A stretch of 64,000 nucleotides of DNA from an uncultured Candidatus Entotheonella sp. (GTDB lineage: Bacteria > Tectomicrobia > Entotheonellia > Entotheonellales > Entotheonellaceae). The DNA is taken from assembly GCA_965217185.1 (NCBI GenBank), contig OZ244252.1, forward strand, positions 3,040,001-3,104,000, read 5' to 3'. Both the position numbers and the translations under genes were made by a program. How positions within the stretch are numbered: position 1 is the stretch's first letter; each line of letters starts with the position of its first letter. The notes beneath the pieces are model-generated. The model was not told the origin of the DNA and searched no databases. It saw only the letters and a list, made by a program, of their open reading frames with translations. This document shows, in pieces, positions 52,598 to 63,016 of the stretch.

Positions 52598-52873
52598 TTA
52601 CAGGCTGTCTTTGAGGGAAGGCGTCGGCTTGAAGGCAATGGTCTTGCTGGCTTTGATCTTGATGATGGCCCCGGTTTGCGGATTGCGTCCTTTCCGTGCC
52701 GCTCGTTCTCGCAATGTGAAGGTGCCAAAGCCTGGGTACGCGAAGCGCTTCTCTTTGCAGACGGCCTGGCCGATGGCGTTGAAGGTCGCCTCCAGTAGCG
52801 TTTCGGTGTCCTTCTTGCTGAGGCTGACCCCTGAGGAGCTGGTGACTTGGTCGATGAGGTCTTTCTTGGTCAT
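52598..52873 (-). CDS. HU family DNA-binding protein
   Basis: MTKKDLI..GFGTF..RAARKGRNPQTG..FKPTPSLKD. Confidence 0.93.
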   Translation of the reverse strand: MTKKDLIDQVTSSSGVSLSKKDTETLLEATFNAIGQAVCKEKRFAYPGFGTFTLRERAARKGRNPQTGAIIKIKASKTIAFKPTPSLKDSL

Positions 52874-53929
52874 GTCATCTCCTTTGTGAGTCGAGGGATA
52901 TCTGGAAGACGAGGGTAGACAGGAACATGGGAATATACAACCAGGCGGCCTGAATGGAGTCAGGCGTGGTGGGGAGTGCCAAAAAACGGGGGACACTCAA
53001 GGGACGTGCAGTTAAGTTTCAGGTGTCCTGTCCCAGACAGCTTTAGTCTTGGGTGCCACGGCTCAATTTCCTCTCCCCACACGAATCCGCAATCGCCTAC
53101 ACTTTTTGGCGCTTCCCACAACAGGGTTACTCAAGCCGCTACAGGTATAGAGACCTATTTTTGAGCATGGGGGATGATGTACCGGATTTTTGCCGGTATT
53201 CTCATTTTCGACGTATCGCCGACCTCGGCGAGTGCGTCCAGTTACCACAAGACGACCTCCGTCATCGTGTTCGGGTTTTCAGCAGGTCGGCATCACCAAT
53301 CACCACAGCCAAGATTGAAGGCTCCACAAATGCAAAGGCGGTATTCAATCTATGCGCACCGTCGAGGCGCTCATATCCGTGTAGCCCCACCTTTAGCAGC
53401 AGGATGGGCAGGTAACGGTATTTTGTCTGCCAGCCCGCCCGGACGACGGCCAGTTTCGGGGAACGCAAGAATTTGAGAAGCGGGGCGTCCAGGTCTCTCA
53501 GTAGGACGCGCTGCGCTGGCAAGCGTTCAAGAACCGCCCTCCATCCCCTCGCAAATAATTCCCCGCCGTGCTGATTCATGGAACACTTCCGAACGCGGCG
53601 GCGCTCGTCGGCAGTCGGAATGTCACCAGCTTCCCACCCCTCGATTGTGCGTTCAAGGTCGGCCCATGGTCGCATAACAGGTTGCCCTCCTCGATGCGGC
53701 AATCACCCTGCCGTCAGCACTCGGCGCTGCAATCGCTTCCGCACAGGATGTTGCGCCGCTATACTGTGGCGTCCTCGGCAAGTCTCGAATTTTGACGACT
53801 CGAACCTTCATTGCTTCACCTTCTCATTGCGTCCTGCATCTCAATCGGTATCACCAATCGGCAGCCAGCACACCTTAATCTCCGTCTCCCCAAACTCTCG
53901 TGCCAGCAAGAGCCGCGCATGACCTTCAA

Positions 53930-53967
53930 GGGGTCGTTTGCGGGAGAGGGCGATTTAATACCCTAAG
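53930..53967 (+). mobile_element. Tn3-family 38-bp terminal inverted repeat
   Basis: GGGGTCGTTTGCGGGAGAGGGCGATTTAATACCCTAAG (GGGG..TAAG, 38 bp). Confidence 0.8.
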
Positions 53968-54998
53968 CGCAAGGATACGCTTTCCGTGCCCGCGCAGCTT
54001 GCTTCTCAGTCCAACATGGCGGTAAAGAGAGAGCACCAAAAACTGTGGGGTGTATCTCATGCTGCAAGTCCGGACGCGAACCTTTGACGGTACGCTGCGG
54101 GGAAGCTCGAGCGGTGGTATCCGGCTGAAGGCCGGGGCCAGATCGGTTGAAGCTGAACCGTGCGCTGCCTGATTGCCCCACACTTTTTGGTGCTTCCTTG
54201 ACTGGGCAGACGTTGGCGGCAAGACACCGTTATTGCGAGTGTTCGACATCAAGAAGCACGCGGGCGAGCAGGGAAGCGCAGTTGCAAGAGCTGGCGTTGT
54301 GTCATAACCAGTTGGTGAGATATGCGGCCGAACTCACGATGCGGCTTGATACGCTGACACGGGCGCACAACGCGGAAGTGGATCGGAGGCACGGCAGTAA
54401 CAGGCGGAAAATGTAAGGGGGAAGTGATGGCAGAAGACAAGGAAGTGACGCGGGCTGACTTGGAAGGTTTGCTGTGGAAGTGGATCAAGGACAAGTCGCA
54501 CGGGGGTCAAGAGGAAACCAGAGACATTGCACGCTTGCTGCACGACTCAATCACGGCAAGAGAACAGGATGCGCGCAGCAGCTAGGCCGCTTATGGGAAC
54601 CCATCGCGCCGGCCGTTTGAGCCACCACCCTCAAAGTGGTCCATCCCGACCTTGTGGGATAAGCAAGTTATGCCTTGCCCGCGATGTTGGGCCGCTGGGT
54701 CCAAGAAAGTCTCGGCTTGGAAACTTGCCCATCGAATCAGTGGGGTTAGACGGCGTAGCCTGGAGCCCAGCTTCACGCACTTCCCGTTTAACTGGACCGG
54801 CGATGGCGGAGGCGCCTCAGGCACAGAGGGGGGTAGGCATTCGGGTTCCGAGACCGTCAGAGTGCCGCCTACCCGCATCGGACCCTCTCACAAAACGACC
54901 GTTTACTTGCGTCCTCAAGGCAATCGCATTCCAACTTCCCCCAGGCCCTGACCGTCGAGGGACTATCGAGGTCTGAAGGTAGATTCCGACCCTGGAGA

Positions 54999-55265
54999 TC
55001 AAATCATTCGTGTCGCGATCACGAGCCCGGCAAGAAGCACCAGGAGGAAAACGAGGGCGATCAGCCTGGGCCATTCCTTCCGGACAAAACGTTTGACCGC
55101 GGCGTAGACGCCCTTGTTGACGGCTTGCTGAAAATTCTTGGGCAACTTCCGGTAACGGACGGCCAGCCTCCACGCGCCGCGCAACCCTATGAACAGAGCC
55201 GTAACCCCGGCGCACAGCAGCACCAGTTGGTACAGACGTAACAGGTCGGTTTCGGCAAGATTCAT
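54999..55265 (-). CDS. Small hypothetical membrane protein
   Basis: Two hydrophobic helices; start overlaps DUF1232 gene stop. Confidence 0.55.
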   Translation of the reverse strand: MNLAETDLLRLYQLVLLCAGVTALFIGLRGAWRLAVRYRKLPKNFQQAVNKGVYAAVKRFVRKEWPRLIALVFLLVLLAGLVIATRMI

Positions 55266-55711
55266 AGCAGCTTGAGGACCAGAACGATACCCGCAATCGC
55301 GATGGCGCCGAGTACGGAGGCCCATATCATTCTGTAGTGCTTCCTGATTTCCACTTCGGCTCTGGCCTCGGCGGTTTGCGACAGAACGTCAACGGCGTAG
55401 TTCTTCAGCGGGCCGGCCAGCACGCGGGCCACAAAGAGAATAACCGCCACGTCATCGAGCAGGCCGCCTACCGGTATGACATCCGGCACTGCGTCCAGGG
55501 GTGAAACCAGGTAGAGCAGAGAACCCGCGGCCATTGCCTTCCGGCTCCAGGCGACCTCCGGATCCCTGATGAACTGCCACAGTTGCTGCACCTTGCCCCA
55601 TATTGCTTGGACCGGCCCTCTGTTCATGGCGCCGAGTTTCTTGCCGATTTCCAGAACGTCCCTCGAAGAGGCCCGCCGGGCAAACTTCCTCAGCAGTTCC
55701 ATTTTTCCCAT
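55262..55711 (-). CDS. DUF1232 (YkvA) family protein
   Basis: LLYLVSPLDAVPDVIPVGGLLDDVAV. Confidence 0.9.
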   Translation of the reverse strand: MGKMELLRKFARRASSRDVLEIGKKLGAMNRGPVQAIWGKVQQLWQFIRDPEVAWSRKAMAAGSLLYLVSPLDAVPDVIPVGGLLDDVAVILFVARVLAGPLKNYAVDVLSQTAEARAEVEIRKHYRMIWASVLGAIAIAGIVLVLKLL

Positions 55712-55919
55712 ACTGCTGCCTTCCTCTTCAGAATCGGCCTTTTGCCATCCAGGCATGGGCAAGCATCGGATATTGGAGTCGGTCGCATCCCGTCAGGGAC
55801 TCATTGGAACCGTCTTTTACACCCCAAGGTAGGCCTTTGAGTAGCAATGGAACAGAAAACTGTGTTAAGCCTTGCTGAGTTGCCGGCCGTCGTCTTTCGG
55901 TGAGCCAGTGTCGTCGGCG

Positions 55920-56537
55920 TCATTGAGTTCGGGGCATGAGATGGCGAGAGCGCATGAAATGATAGAGCGTCGAGCGGTCTACTCCAGTGATCTTGGCAAT
56001 CGACGCCTTTGAGACCTTGAGGTCCAGGAGCCTTTGAATTTCGTCTTCCTTGCCATTGAGCCTTGACTGTCCCAGTCGTCCCTTTGGACGCCCCAAGCGT
56101 TTGCCCGAAGCCCGTGCCGCCGCCAGTCCTTCCTTCGTTCGCATGGAAATGAGTTCGCGCTCGATTTCCGCAAACAAGCCGAACAACGTCACCATGACCT
56201 TGCTGTGCAAATCCTGCTTGCCCGCCAGACGAATGCCTTCCTTGATCGACAAAAACCGGACCTGTTGCTTCAGCAAGGCATCCACCGTGGTAATCACCTC
56301 GCCTACCGAGCGGCCCATGCGGCTCAACTCACTGACAACGAGGGTGTCGCCCGGCTCCAGCTGCGCCATCAGGAGGTCGATCTGTCGTTCTTTGGGCGAG
56401 CGCCTCGACGACACGCTGAGTTCCATGAAGGCGCTGACCTCGAACTTTTCCTGGCGGGCAAACTCCAGGATCGCCAGGCGTTGATTTCCGACATCCTGTG
56501 AGTCCTTCGAGACGCGTAAATAGGCGATCGTCTTCAT
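55920..56537 (-). CDS. tnpR: Serine resolvase
   Basis: AYLRVS..Q, GDTLVVSELSRMGRS, AEIERELISMRTKEGL..GRP, C-terminal HTH. Confidence 0.92.
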   Translation of the reverse strand: MKTIAYLRVSKDSQDVGNQRLAILEFARQEKFEVSAFMELSVSSRRSPKERQIDLLMAQLEPGDTLVVSELSRMGRSVGEVITTVDALLKQQVRFLSIKEGIRLAGKQDLHSKVMVTLFGLFAEIERELISMRTKEGLAAARASGKRLGRPKGRLGQSRLNGKEDEIQRLLDLKVSKASIAKITGVDRSTLYHFMRSRHLMPRTQ

Positions 56538-56671
56538 GGCGCGGCCATCCTGTGGAAGCTATCCTTTATTTGGGCCTGTTTCCTACGGTATGGATGGAGT
56601 AATCCTGAGCCTTTCCTTTCAGCATATCCGTTGGCAAGAAACGTTCGTTTCACTCCACGGCAGGGGACGGT

Positions 56672-57819
56672 ATGCCGGTCGAGTTCCTGAGTCAAGACCA
56701 GCACCGCCGCTATGGGCGCTATGCCGATCATCCGTCGCCCCGTCAACTCGCTCGCTATTTCCATCTGGACGACCGAGACCGTCAAGTGATCGCGCGACAC
56801 CGCGGCGACCACAACCGTCTGGGATTTGCCGTTCAACTCGGCACGGTCCGGTTTCTGGGCACCTTCCTTCCTGATCCCGCCGCGGTTCCTGCCCATGTGG
56901 TCAGCCATGCCGCTCATCAGCTGACATCCAGGACCCGACTTGCTTCGCTCGCTACGACAGGCCACAGACGCATTGGGGCCATGCCGCAGAGATCAAGCAG
57001 GCCTATGGCTACCGCGATTTCCACGATCCAAACGAGATGTTCCGCCTGCTGCGGTGGCTCTACACCCGGGCCTGGCTGAGTAGCGAGCGACCCAGCGTCC
57101 TCTTCGACCACGCCACCGCTCGTCTCGTCGAGCGTAAGGTGCTGCTTCCCGGCGTAACCGTGATGGAACGACTCGTGGCGCGTGTTCGAGAGCGAGCCGC
57201 CGCACGGCTTTGGCGTCTGCTCGCGCAGCTCCCTGGCGACATCCACAAGGCAAACCTGGAGGCGCTCTTGCAGGCGCCGCCCGAGGCCCGTTCAAGCCCC
57301 CTGGATCAGCTTCGACGGGCGCCTGTACGGGTGGTGAGTGGACCCGCTCTGGTTGAGGCGCTGCAACGCCTCGAGGCCATGAGAGCCCTTGGCGTCGGAG
57401 ACCTTCCTTTGGATCACATCCCGCCGAGCCGTCTGCGCGCCTTGGCCCGCCATGGCGCTGCTGCGCGAGCTCAGGCCATCGCCCGCATGGCCCCGGAACG
57501 TCGAGTTGCCACCCTGCTGGCCTTTGCGCGAGTCTTCGAGATCATCGCCATGGATGACGCCATCGACCTCCTCGACTTCTTGATCAGCCAGCTCATCCAC
57601 GAGGCCCGCAACGAGGGCGAAAGACAGCGGCTGCGGACCTTGCGCGACCTGGATGCTGCGGCGCTGCAACTCTGGAATGCGATTGGCGTTCTTCTGGACG
57701 AAACGGTTGATGCCGCTGCGGTTCGCACCCAGACCTATGCCCGCTTTCCCCGTCAGCGTCTGCTTGAGGCCGGTGCTCAGGTTGAAACGTTGGCCCGGCC
57801 CGCAGATGGCCGCTATTAG
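56672..57819 (+). pseudogene. tnpA: Tn3-family transposase, N-terminal fragment, frameshifted and truncated
   Basis: [57 protein letters not shown]; cut at 57819 by another element. Confidence 0.9.
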
Positions 57820-58624
57820 GCGTCATCGCAAGGTTTGTATCCAGAATTACTCTAAGGCCACATAAGCCGGTTGCGCGACTTCAGCGGGCCGCTTTGGCAA
57901 TCCTGTAGGCCGTTGCCCTGCCAATGCCCAGTTTTTTCGCAGCTTGTCCCGGTGTCAACCCAGCCTCGACAAGGCTTTGCGCGGCTGACACGGTCTCCCG
58001 GTCGAGTGGCGGGCGACCGGGCCTCCTGCCGCGTTTTCTGGCGGCCGCAATACCGTCGCGCGTGCGTTCGGAGATGAGCCGACGCTCGAAGTGGGCGATT
58101 GCTCCAAAGACATGGAACACCAGTTCGCCGCCGGCCGAAGTCGTATCGATGCGTTCCTCGAGGCTGACCAGGTGGATGTCGCGTGTCTTGAGGTTCTCGA
58201 CAGTTTCGAGCAGTTCCTTGAGAGAACGCCCGAGGCGGGTGACACAGAGGCTGTCGCCGGGGCGGGCATGGTCGATGAGCTCGCTCAGCCCCAGGCGCTC
58301 GAACTGTCGTCCGGAAATCACATCGACAAAGACGCGGATGGCGCCAACCTGCCGCAGCTGGTCTTCCTGGGCGGCCACATCCTGGTCAGCGGTCGATACG
58401 CGGGCATAGCCGAGAACATCGCCACTGCGTGTCCTCTTGCCTGTCTCTTTAACATTCGCTTTTGGGATAGTCTTGAGATGCTCTGCGCTGATTCTGTTCA
58501 GGGCTTTCAGGTAGTCTCTTTATTCGTCTCCATCATGCGGTGAGAATCGGGGGGGGGCAACCCAGGTCGTCCAGACGTCGGGACCGCCTAGCGTAATTTC
58601 AGGTACAAACCTTGCGATGACCCC
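57819..58624. mobile_element. Non-autonomous Tn3-family element carrying only a resolvase
   Basis: 38-bp IRs at 57819..57856 and 58587..58624 (31/38 identical). Confidence 0.8.
57881..58425 (-). pseudogene. Serine resolvase with damaged start and short internal deletion
   Basis: GDVLGYARVSTADQD is in frame but the likely GTG start is out of frame; VTRLGRS lacks the usual LDR; FHVFGAIAHFERRLISERT. Confidence 0.8.
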
Positions 58625-58734
58625 AAGGAGGTGGGATTAGAGGGACCCAAAGTCATCTGCTCGGAAATACTCTACCGAAAATCTTAAGGGCTTTCGACCA
58701 GATTACTCGCCAAGAAAGTTTCGGTGCATTCTTC

Positions 58735-60144
58735 TCATCGGCGCGTTCTGTTTTCATCTGTTTTCATCAGATACGACGGAACTTCGGCGTCGCCTTGTGC
58801 ACGGCGCTGCCGAAATGAACAGTTGAGGTGACATTCGCCGTTGATGATGCGTGTTTCGCCCGTCATGAACTGGTAATCCTGTTGTCGGACCACTGGCCAC
58901 CAGTCGCGGGTGAGCAGGTAACGGAGCATCAAATTGACCTCCATTCCCGCGACGCTCAAACTGAACGGGAAAACATTCTGATTTCCACCCCGTTCTTCCG
59001 CAGGCAGGTTGCTGATATAGGACGGGTCGTCCAGGGAGCCGTCCAACTCTGTCACCACCATACTTGAGTTATATTGCCCATTGCAGCGCAGGCATTGGTG
59101 ATACGGTGTGACGATATGCGCTCGCCAATGTGCCGAAAATAAGCGGTTATGCCCCTCATCCATTTCCACTGCGACGCCGCCGTCAATAACCGGTATCAGA
59201 TGCGCCTGCGCAATATAATTCAATACATCACGAGGAACCGGGCGGTCAACACAACTGAAAAGAATGTCACAATCGAGTGCTGCGCGGTATGCGGACTCGT
59301 CGTGAACCGAAATTGGTAAGGCGTTTATCCAAATTTTTTCTGCGGTTGCGTTGCGTCGTATCGCTTGTGCCGCCAATTCGACCTTCAACTTGCCGATGTC
59401 TTCCGTCGTGCCATAGAGCAACCGGTCGAGATTATGTTCTTCAACTCTGTCCGGGTCGATCAGCACGACTTGCGCAACTCCGATTCGGGCAATGGCTTCG
59501 GCAACGATACAACCGACGCTGCCCAGTCCGACTATGCCAATCCTCAATCGTGCAATTGTTTCCTGTGCCTCTTGCCCCCATGTGTCGAAAGTGCGCCTGA
59601 GAATCTCTTTGCGTAGCGGTGGCGGTGTAATGTCGTCGTCAAAATAAACCCCATACGACTGTGGACCGATGACGCGGACTTTTTCACACCAATGGCGGCG
59701 CATCTGCTTTTCATCTTTTATCCAAAAGCGTGCGCTCCAATAGCCGTCGGTTCCGATTGTCAAACCGACCAGCGGCAGACCGGTTGCCCCAGCCGGATAC
59801 GCCAGAACATTCTGTTCCGCCTCAATATCTGCTCCGCTCATTCCTTGCCATCCGGGAGAAAGATGGCTGTGCATAAAAGCGACTCCTGCTTTGTTCCGGA
59901 TTGCGGTTTTCACTACCCGTGCGAGATAGTCTGGCTCAAAACTCGCGTTGCCGTGTAGCCCGCGCTCACCATTTTCTGGCAAGATAATCTCATCGATCAA
60001 CGCAGCACGCCGCGTCTCTCCCGTAGATGGGCGCCATAGTGCAAAGCAGAGATCTTCTTGTAATTCATGGCGCCGAAAGTGCCCTAACAAGTGCTCACTG
60101 GCCGTCGAATCTGCTTCCGCAGTGAATACGACCTCGAAGCTCAT
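58735..60144 (-). CDS. JAB/MPN-domain + ThiF/E1-like fusion
   Basis: EDLCF...HSHLSPGWQGMSGAD; GLGSVG, DPD, NLDR, CVD, DGG, CLRC...CHLNC. Confidence 0.88.
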   Translation of the reverse strand: MSFEVVFTAEADSTASEHLLGHFRRHELQEDLCFALWRPSTGETRRAALIDEIILPENGERGLHGNASFEPDYLARVVKTAIRNKAGVAFMHSHLSPGWQGMSGADIEAEQNVLAYPAGATGLPLVGLTIGTDGYWSARFWIKDEKQMRRHWCEKVRVIGPQSYGVYFDDDITPPPLRKEILRRTFDTWGQEAQETIARLRIGIVGLGSVGCIVAEAIARIGVAQVVLIDPDRVEEHNLDRLLYGTTEDIGKLKVELAAQAIRRNATAEKIWINALPISVHDESAYRAALDCDILFSCVDRPVPRDVLNYIAQAHLIPVIDGGVAVEMDEGHNRLFSAHWRAHIVTPYHQCLRCNGQYNSSMVVTELDGSLDDPSYISNLPAEERGGNQNVFPFSLSVAGMEVNLMLRYLLTRDWWPVVRQQDYQFMTGETRIINGECHLNCSFRQRRAQGDAEVPSYLMKTDENRTRR

Positions 60145-60515
60145 ATGTCATTCCAAAATCTACGTATATGCTCTGTCAGGTAAGCACTCATATGTTTTGT
60201 TGGCAGTTGATCCCACAATGAACCTGGCGGACGGCTCATCGCAATCCATATTTCTCCGCAGTTACCTGAGTAACTCTGGACTACACCTTTTCCATCGTTG
60301 ATAGGCGGTTTTATGTGAATCCAGTGAGGAGGATGTTCTGGATATGATTCCTTCCCCTCCATACTGATGCCTAGTGAGAACTGCTTACCTTTCTGAGAGC
60401 CAACCTCGACAATGTAAGGAAAAGCCACAACTCTTCCAAACGGGCTACCCAACAATGTGGTTTGATAGCCCAGGGACTCCAGTTCTCCTTGTATGCGTGC
60501 GATATTATCTGACAT
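60141..60515 (-). CDS. E2/UBC-fold-like protein
   Basis: YPEHPPHW and WIAMSRPP..W; position between Ubl and E1, translationally coupled. Confidence 0.68.
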   Translation of the reverse strand: MSDNIARIQGELESLGYQTTLLGSPFGRVVAFPYIVEVGSQKGKQFSLGISMEGKESYPEHPPHWIHIKPPINDGKGVVQSYSGNCGEIWIAMSRPPGSLWDQLPTKHMSAYLTEHIRRFWNDI

Positions 60516-60521
60516 ATGGAG

Positions 60522-60794
60522 TCATGCTACCGGCGTGGTCTCGGTTGGAATGGTGATAAGCGAATTGTCAACTTCCAGATCGGCCCAGTCCTCCAGTTTG
60601 TATTTTTCCTTATCGCCCTGCAAAAGATAGCTCTCCGGATTTCCTGGAAAAGCTTCTTTGTCTTTGGCAAGTTTGAGGATGTCAAGCGCAACGAGCTTCC
60701 CGTGCTGAGATTCAAGTTTGATACCATTCACCGTGAAACTGTAAGTTTTAGGATCCTTACCATCATCAGCCTGCATTTGACAGGTTCCTTTCAA
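60522..60794 (-). CDS. Ubiquitin-like (multiubiquitin/beta-grasp) protein
   Basis: YSFTVNG..E..L.ALDILKLA..PESYLL..Y.LED.ADL...LITIP; operon context; start may be 60776. Confidence 0.72.
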   Translation of the reverse strand: MKGTCQMQADDGKDPKTYSFTVNGIKLESQHGKLVALDILKLAKDKEAFPGNPESYLLQGDKEKYKLEDWADLEVDNSLITIPTETTPVA

Positions 60795-61832
60795 AAAAAT
60801 GGGTAACGATATTATACTGAAACGGATACCGATTATATCTTCATAGTATCTCCTTCTTCAGGATCGTATTTTCCTATTTTATAATAGATTGCAACTTACA
60901 ACAGTGACAGATGAAGTAGCCCCGGTTTGTTGGACGGTCTGCAGCTTATTTAAAGTGTATCCCTTCTCAGCCGACAAACACACTTTAACCATCTGTGCGA
61001 CTTTCCGGGACCCCACCTCAGCCGAAACGGCCAGGACAGGGGTTTCTGGACAAATATATCTCCCCAAGGTCAGGGCATCGTATCGGTTGAAGAACGTTTC
61101 AAAGAAAAACCGGTGACGGTCGCCGTTGTCATCGGTCAGCATGAGTCCATCTTCACCCAACGGACCGCCGCCTTGACTGCCGCAATAGCCAGCTACCGCC
61201 GTGAATAGACCCGCTTCCGACGTTCTCGTGAAACGCCGCTTAAAGGCCAGAGATTGAATAAAATGCCGACACGGGTTCAGTGGGTCAAAGGTATTGGAAC
61301 GCCTGGACACATGAGGGTGGTCGGTAATCATGCCTACAATCGGACGTTCCACACCGGCAGATTCAACGATCCCGTATAAAGTCGTAGAAAGGGCAAATCG
61401 TGTAATGGTAAGCGTTCAGAGCGTCAGAAGTAAGTCGGTTTATGGTAGCCAGGAAAGGAACTCGAAACCGACAACGCCCGCCTGGATGTCTGGGTCATGG
61501 AACGGTCGAACCTCTTGGCGAGGGGTTATTTGCGGCACATGCGGTGTTGGTTCGGCGGCGGGCAGGGTTTCTTGTCGGCGTTTCGCCAGGCTTCAAAGGT
61601 CATGATGGGCATGGTGACCAGCATGCAGCCGGTTGTGAACATGCCGGCAACGAGCGCGACAAGCAGTATCTTGAAGACGGGTTTCATGGCAGGATGGATT
61701 TCTTCTTATAGGGGAGCGCCAAAAACTGTGGGGCATTCAGGCCGCACAGGTGAATGCCCTCCCACTTACGGCGACGCGGCAACCTGTTTCCGCGTCCGGA
61801 TTGTCGCTGCCGGACCCTGCCGCGTGGTCCCT

Positions 61833-62225
61833 TCAACCCTCGCGCATCGACCGGGAAAAATAGTCCGTGATCGGCTTGGCCAGGTAATTGAGGGGCGAGC
61901 GATCGCCGGTGCGGATGTGTACCTCCACCGGCATGCCCGGCGACAGCGCCAGCTCTCTCGCATGGGCAACACCCGCCGCCGCACTCAGTGGCTCCGTCGT
62001 CCAGGGAAAGAGACCGCGCAGCCAGTCCGCCGCGGTCTCCAGCCACGCCGCGGCGTCTCCCTCCGGCTCCAGGGCGCGGCCCATCTCGACCTCCACCTCC
62101 TACCATGACCGCCCGGTACGCTCGTCGTGCGCGGCGTCCGCCGACACCCGCACGATGCGCCCCTTGAAGCGCGGCGTGGTGCGCGACGGGAAGGCCGAAA
62201 ACCGCAGCACCGCCGCGTGCCACGC
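61833..62225 (-). pseudogene. HlyD/PrtE type I secretion adaptor, C-terminal remnant with in-frame TAG
   Basis: LRFSAFPSRTTPRFKGRIVRVSADA..*EVEVE..LSPGMPVEVHIRTGDRSPLNYLAKPITD. Confidence 0.85.
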
Positions 62226-62229
62226 CACC

Positions 62230-62571
62230 GGACAGGGCTTCCCGTGTTGCGTCCATTCCCCTCTTCCATGCGTGCTGCCGCCACTACCCCGGCGGAACCT
62301 GTCGGTGCGTATGTCGCTCGCTTCCCGACAAGTATCAGCCTTCCCCGATTTCACGGCGGGTCGGCTTCCGCATTGCGCGTTTCGGGGCCTGCTCGGCGTT
62401 CACTGGTGTTGCGGCCCGCATGGTCGCTAAGCCGCCCTTGGCGGCCCGTTGCATCGGAGTGCTTCAGACGATGTCGTTACCTCCATCATCCGCTCCGACT
62501 GCTACCGGCTGGAGCGACAGTTGCCGGACGGGATTCGCACCCGCTGAAGAATGGCGCCTTGCACGGCGCAC
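62230..62571 (-). mobile_element. Group II intron 5' fragment (domain I); RT ORF and domains V/VI absent
   Basis: Minus strand begins GTGCGCCGTGCAAGGCGC..GGGTGCGAATCCC..; GCCGACCC..GGGGAAGGC; ends near AACACGGGAAGCCC. Confidence 0.8.
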
Positions 62572-63016
62572 GCGAAATGACACGCTAAGCGCCGACGGCC
62601 CTTTTTCCGCTCCCTCAAAACCTTGCCTTCGAGTCCACGAATAACACTTCTTTGTCATGACTTGCTGCGTTTACACGCCCATATGCCGATTTCAGCGCAA
62701 AATGGTCCCCGACAACTCCGCAAATATCAATTTACGAGAAAAGGGCTGGAGAAGCATTTTTTCAGACTGAGCGACGATCCCATCACGGCCTGTAAAGCGT
62801 CTTGTGCATGGGCTCGTCCACAGGGAAAGATTGAGGATCGAAGCACGGAGAACAAGTATTACTGCGGCTGACACGGAAGCTGGGGCAGGCTCTGCTCATT
62901 GGCAAAAGAGAGGCTGGCTGATCCTTACCGTGTCATTTCGCACCCATCTGCAATCAACCCCAATTTGGCACTCTGTGACAGCTATGTTGTAACTGGGCCA
63001 TACTGCGGCAGTCACA

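Noticed and set aside
51515..53800. Nuclease-like and other ORF fragments around HU
   Set aside because: Too degraded to assign with confidence
60879..61352. 157-aa ORF as a fourth gene of the Ubl operon
   Set aside because: No recognisable motif or good start; looks like a decayed fragment, though not excluded
62100..62102. Pyrrolysine TAG in hlyD
   Set aside because: The gene is a truncated remnant; simple decay suffices
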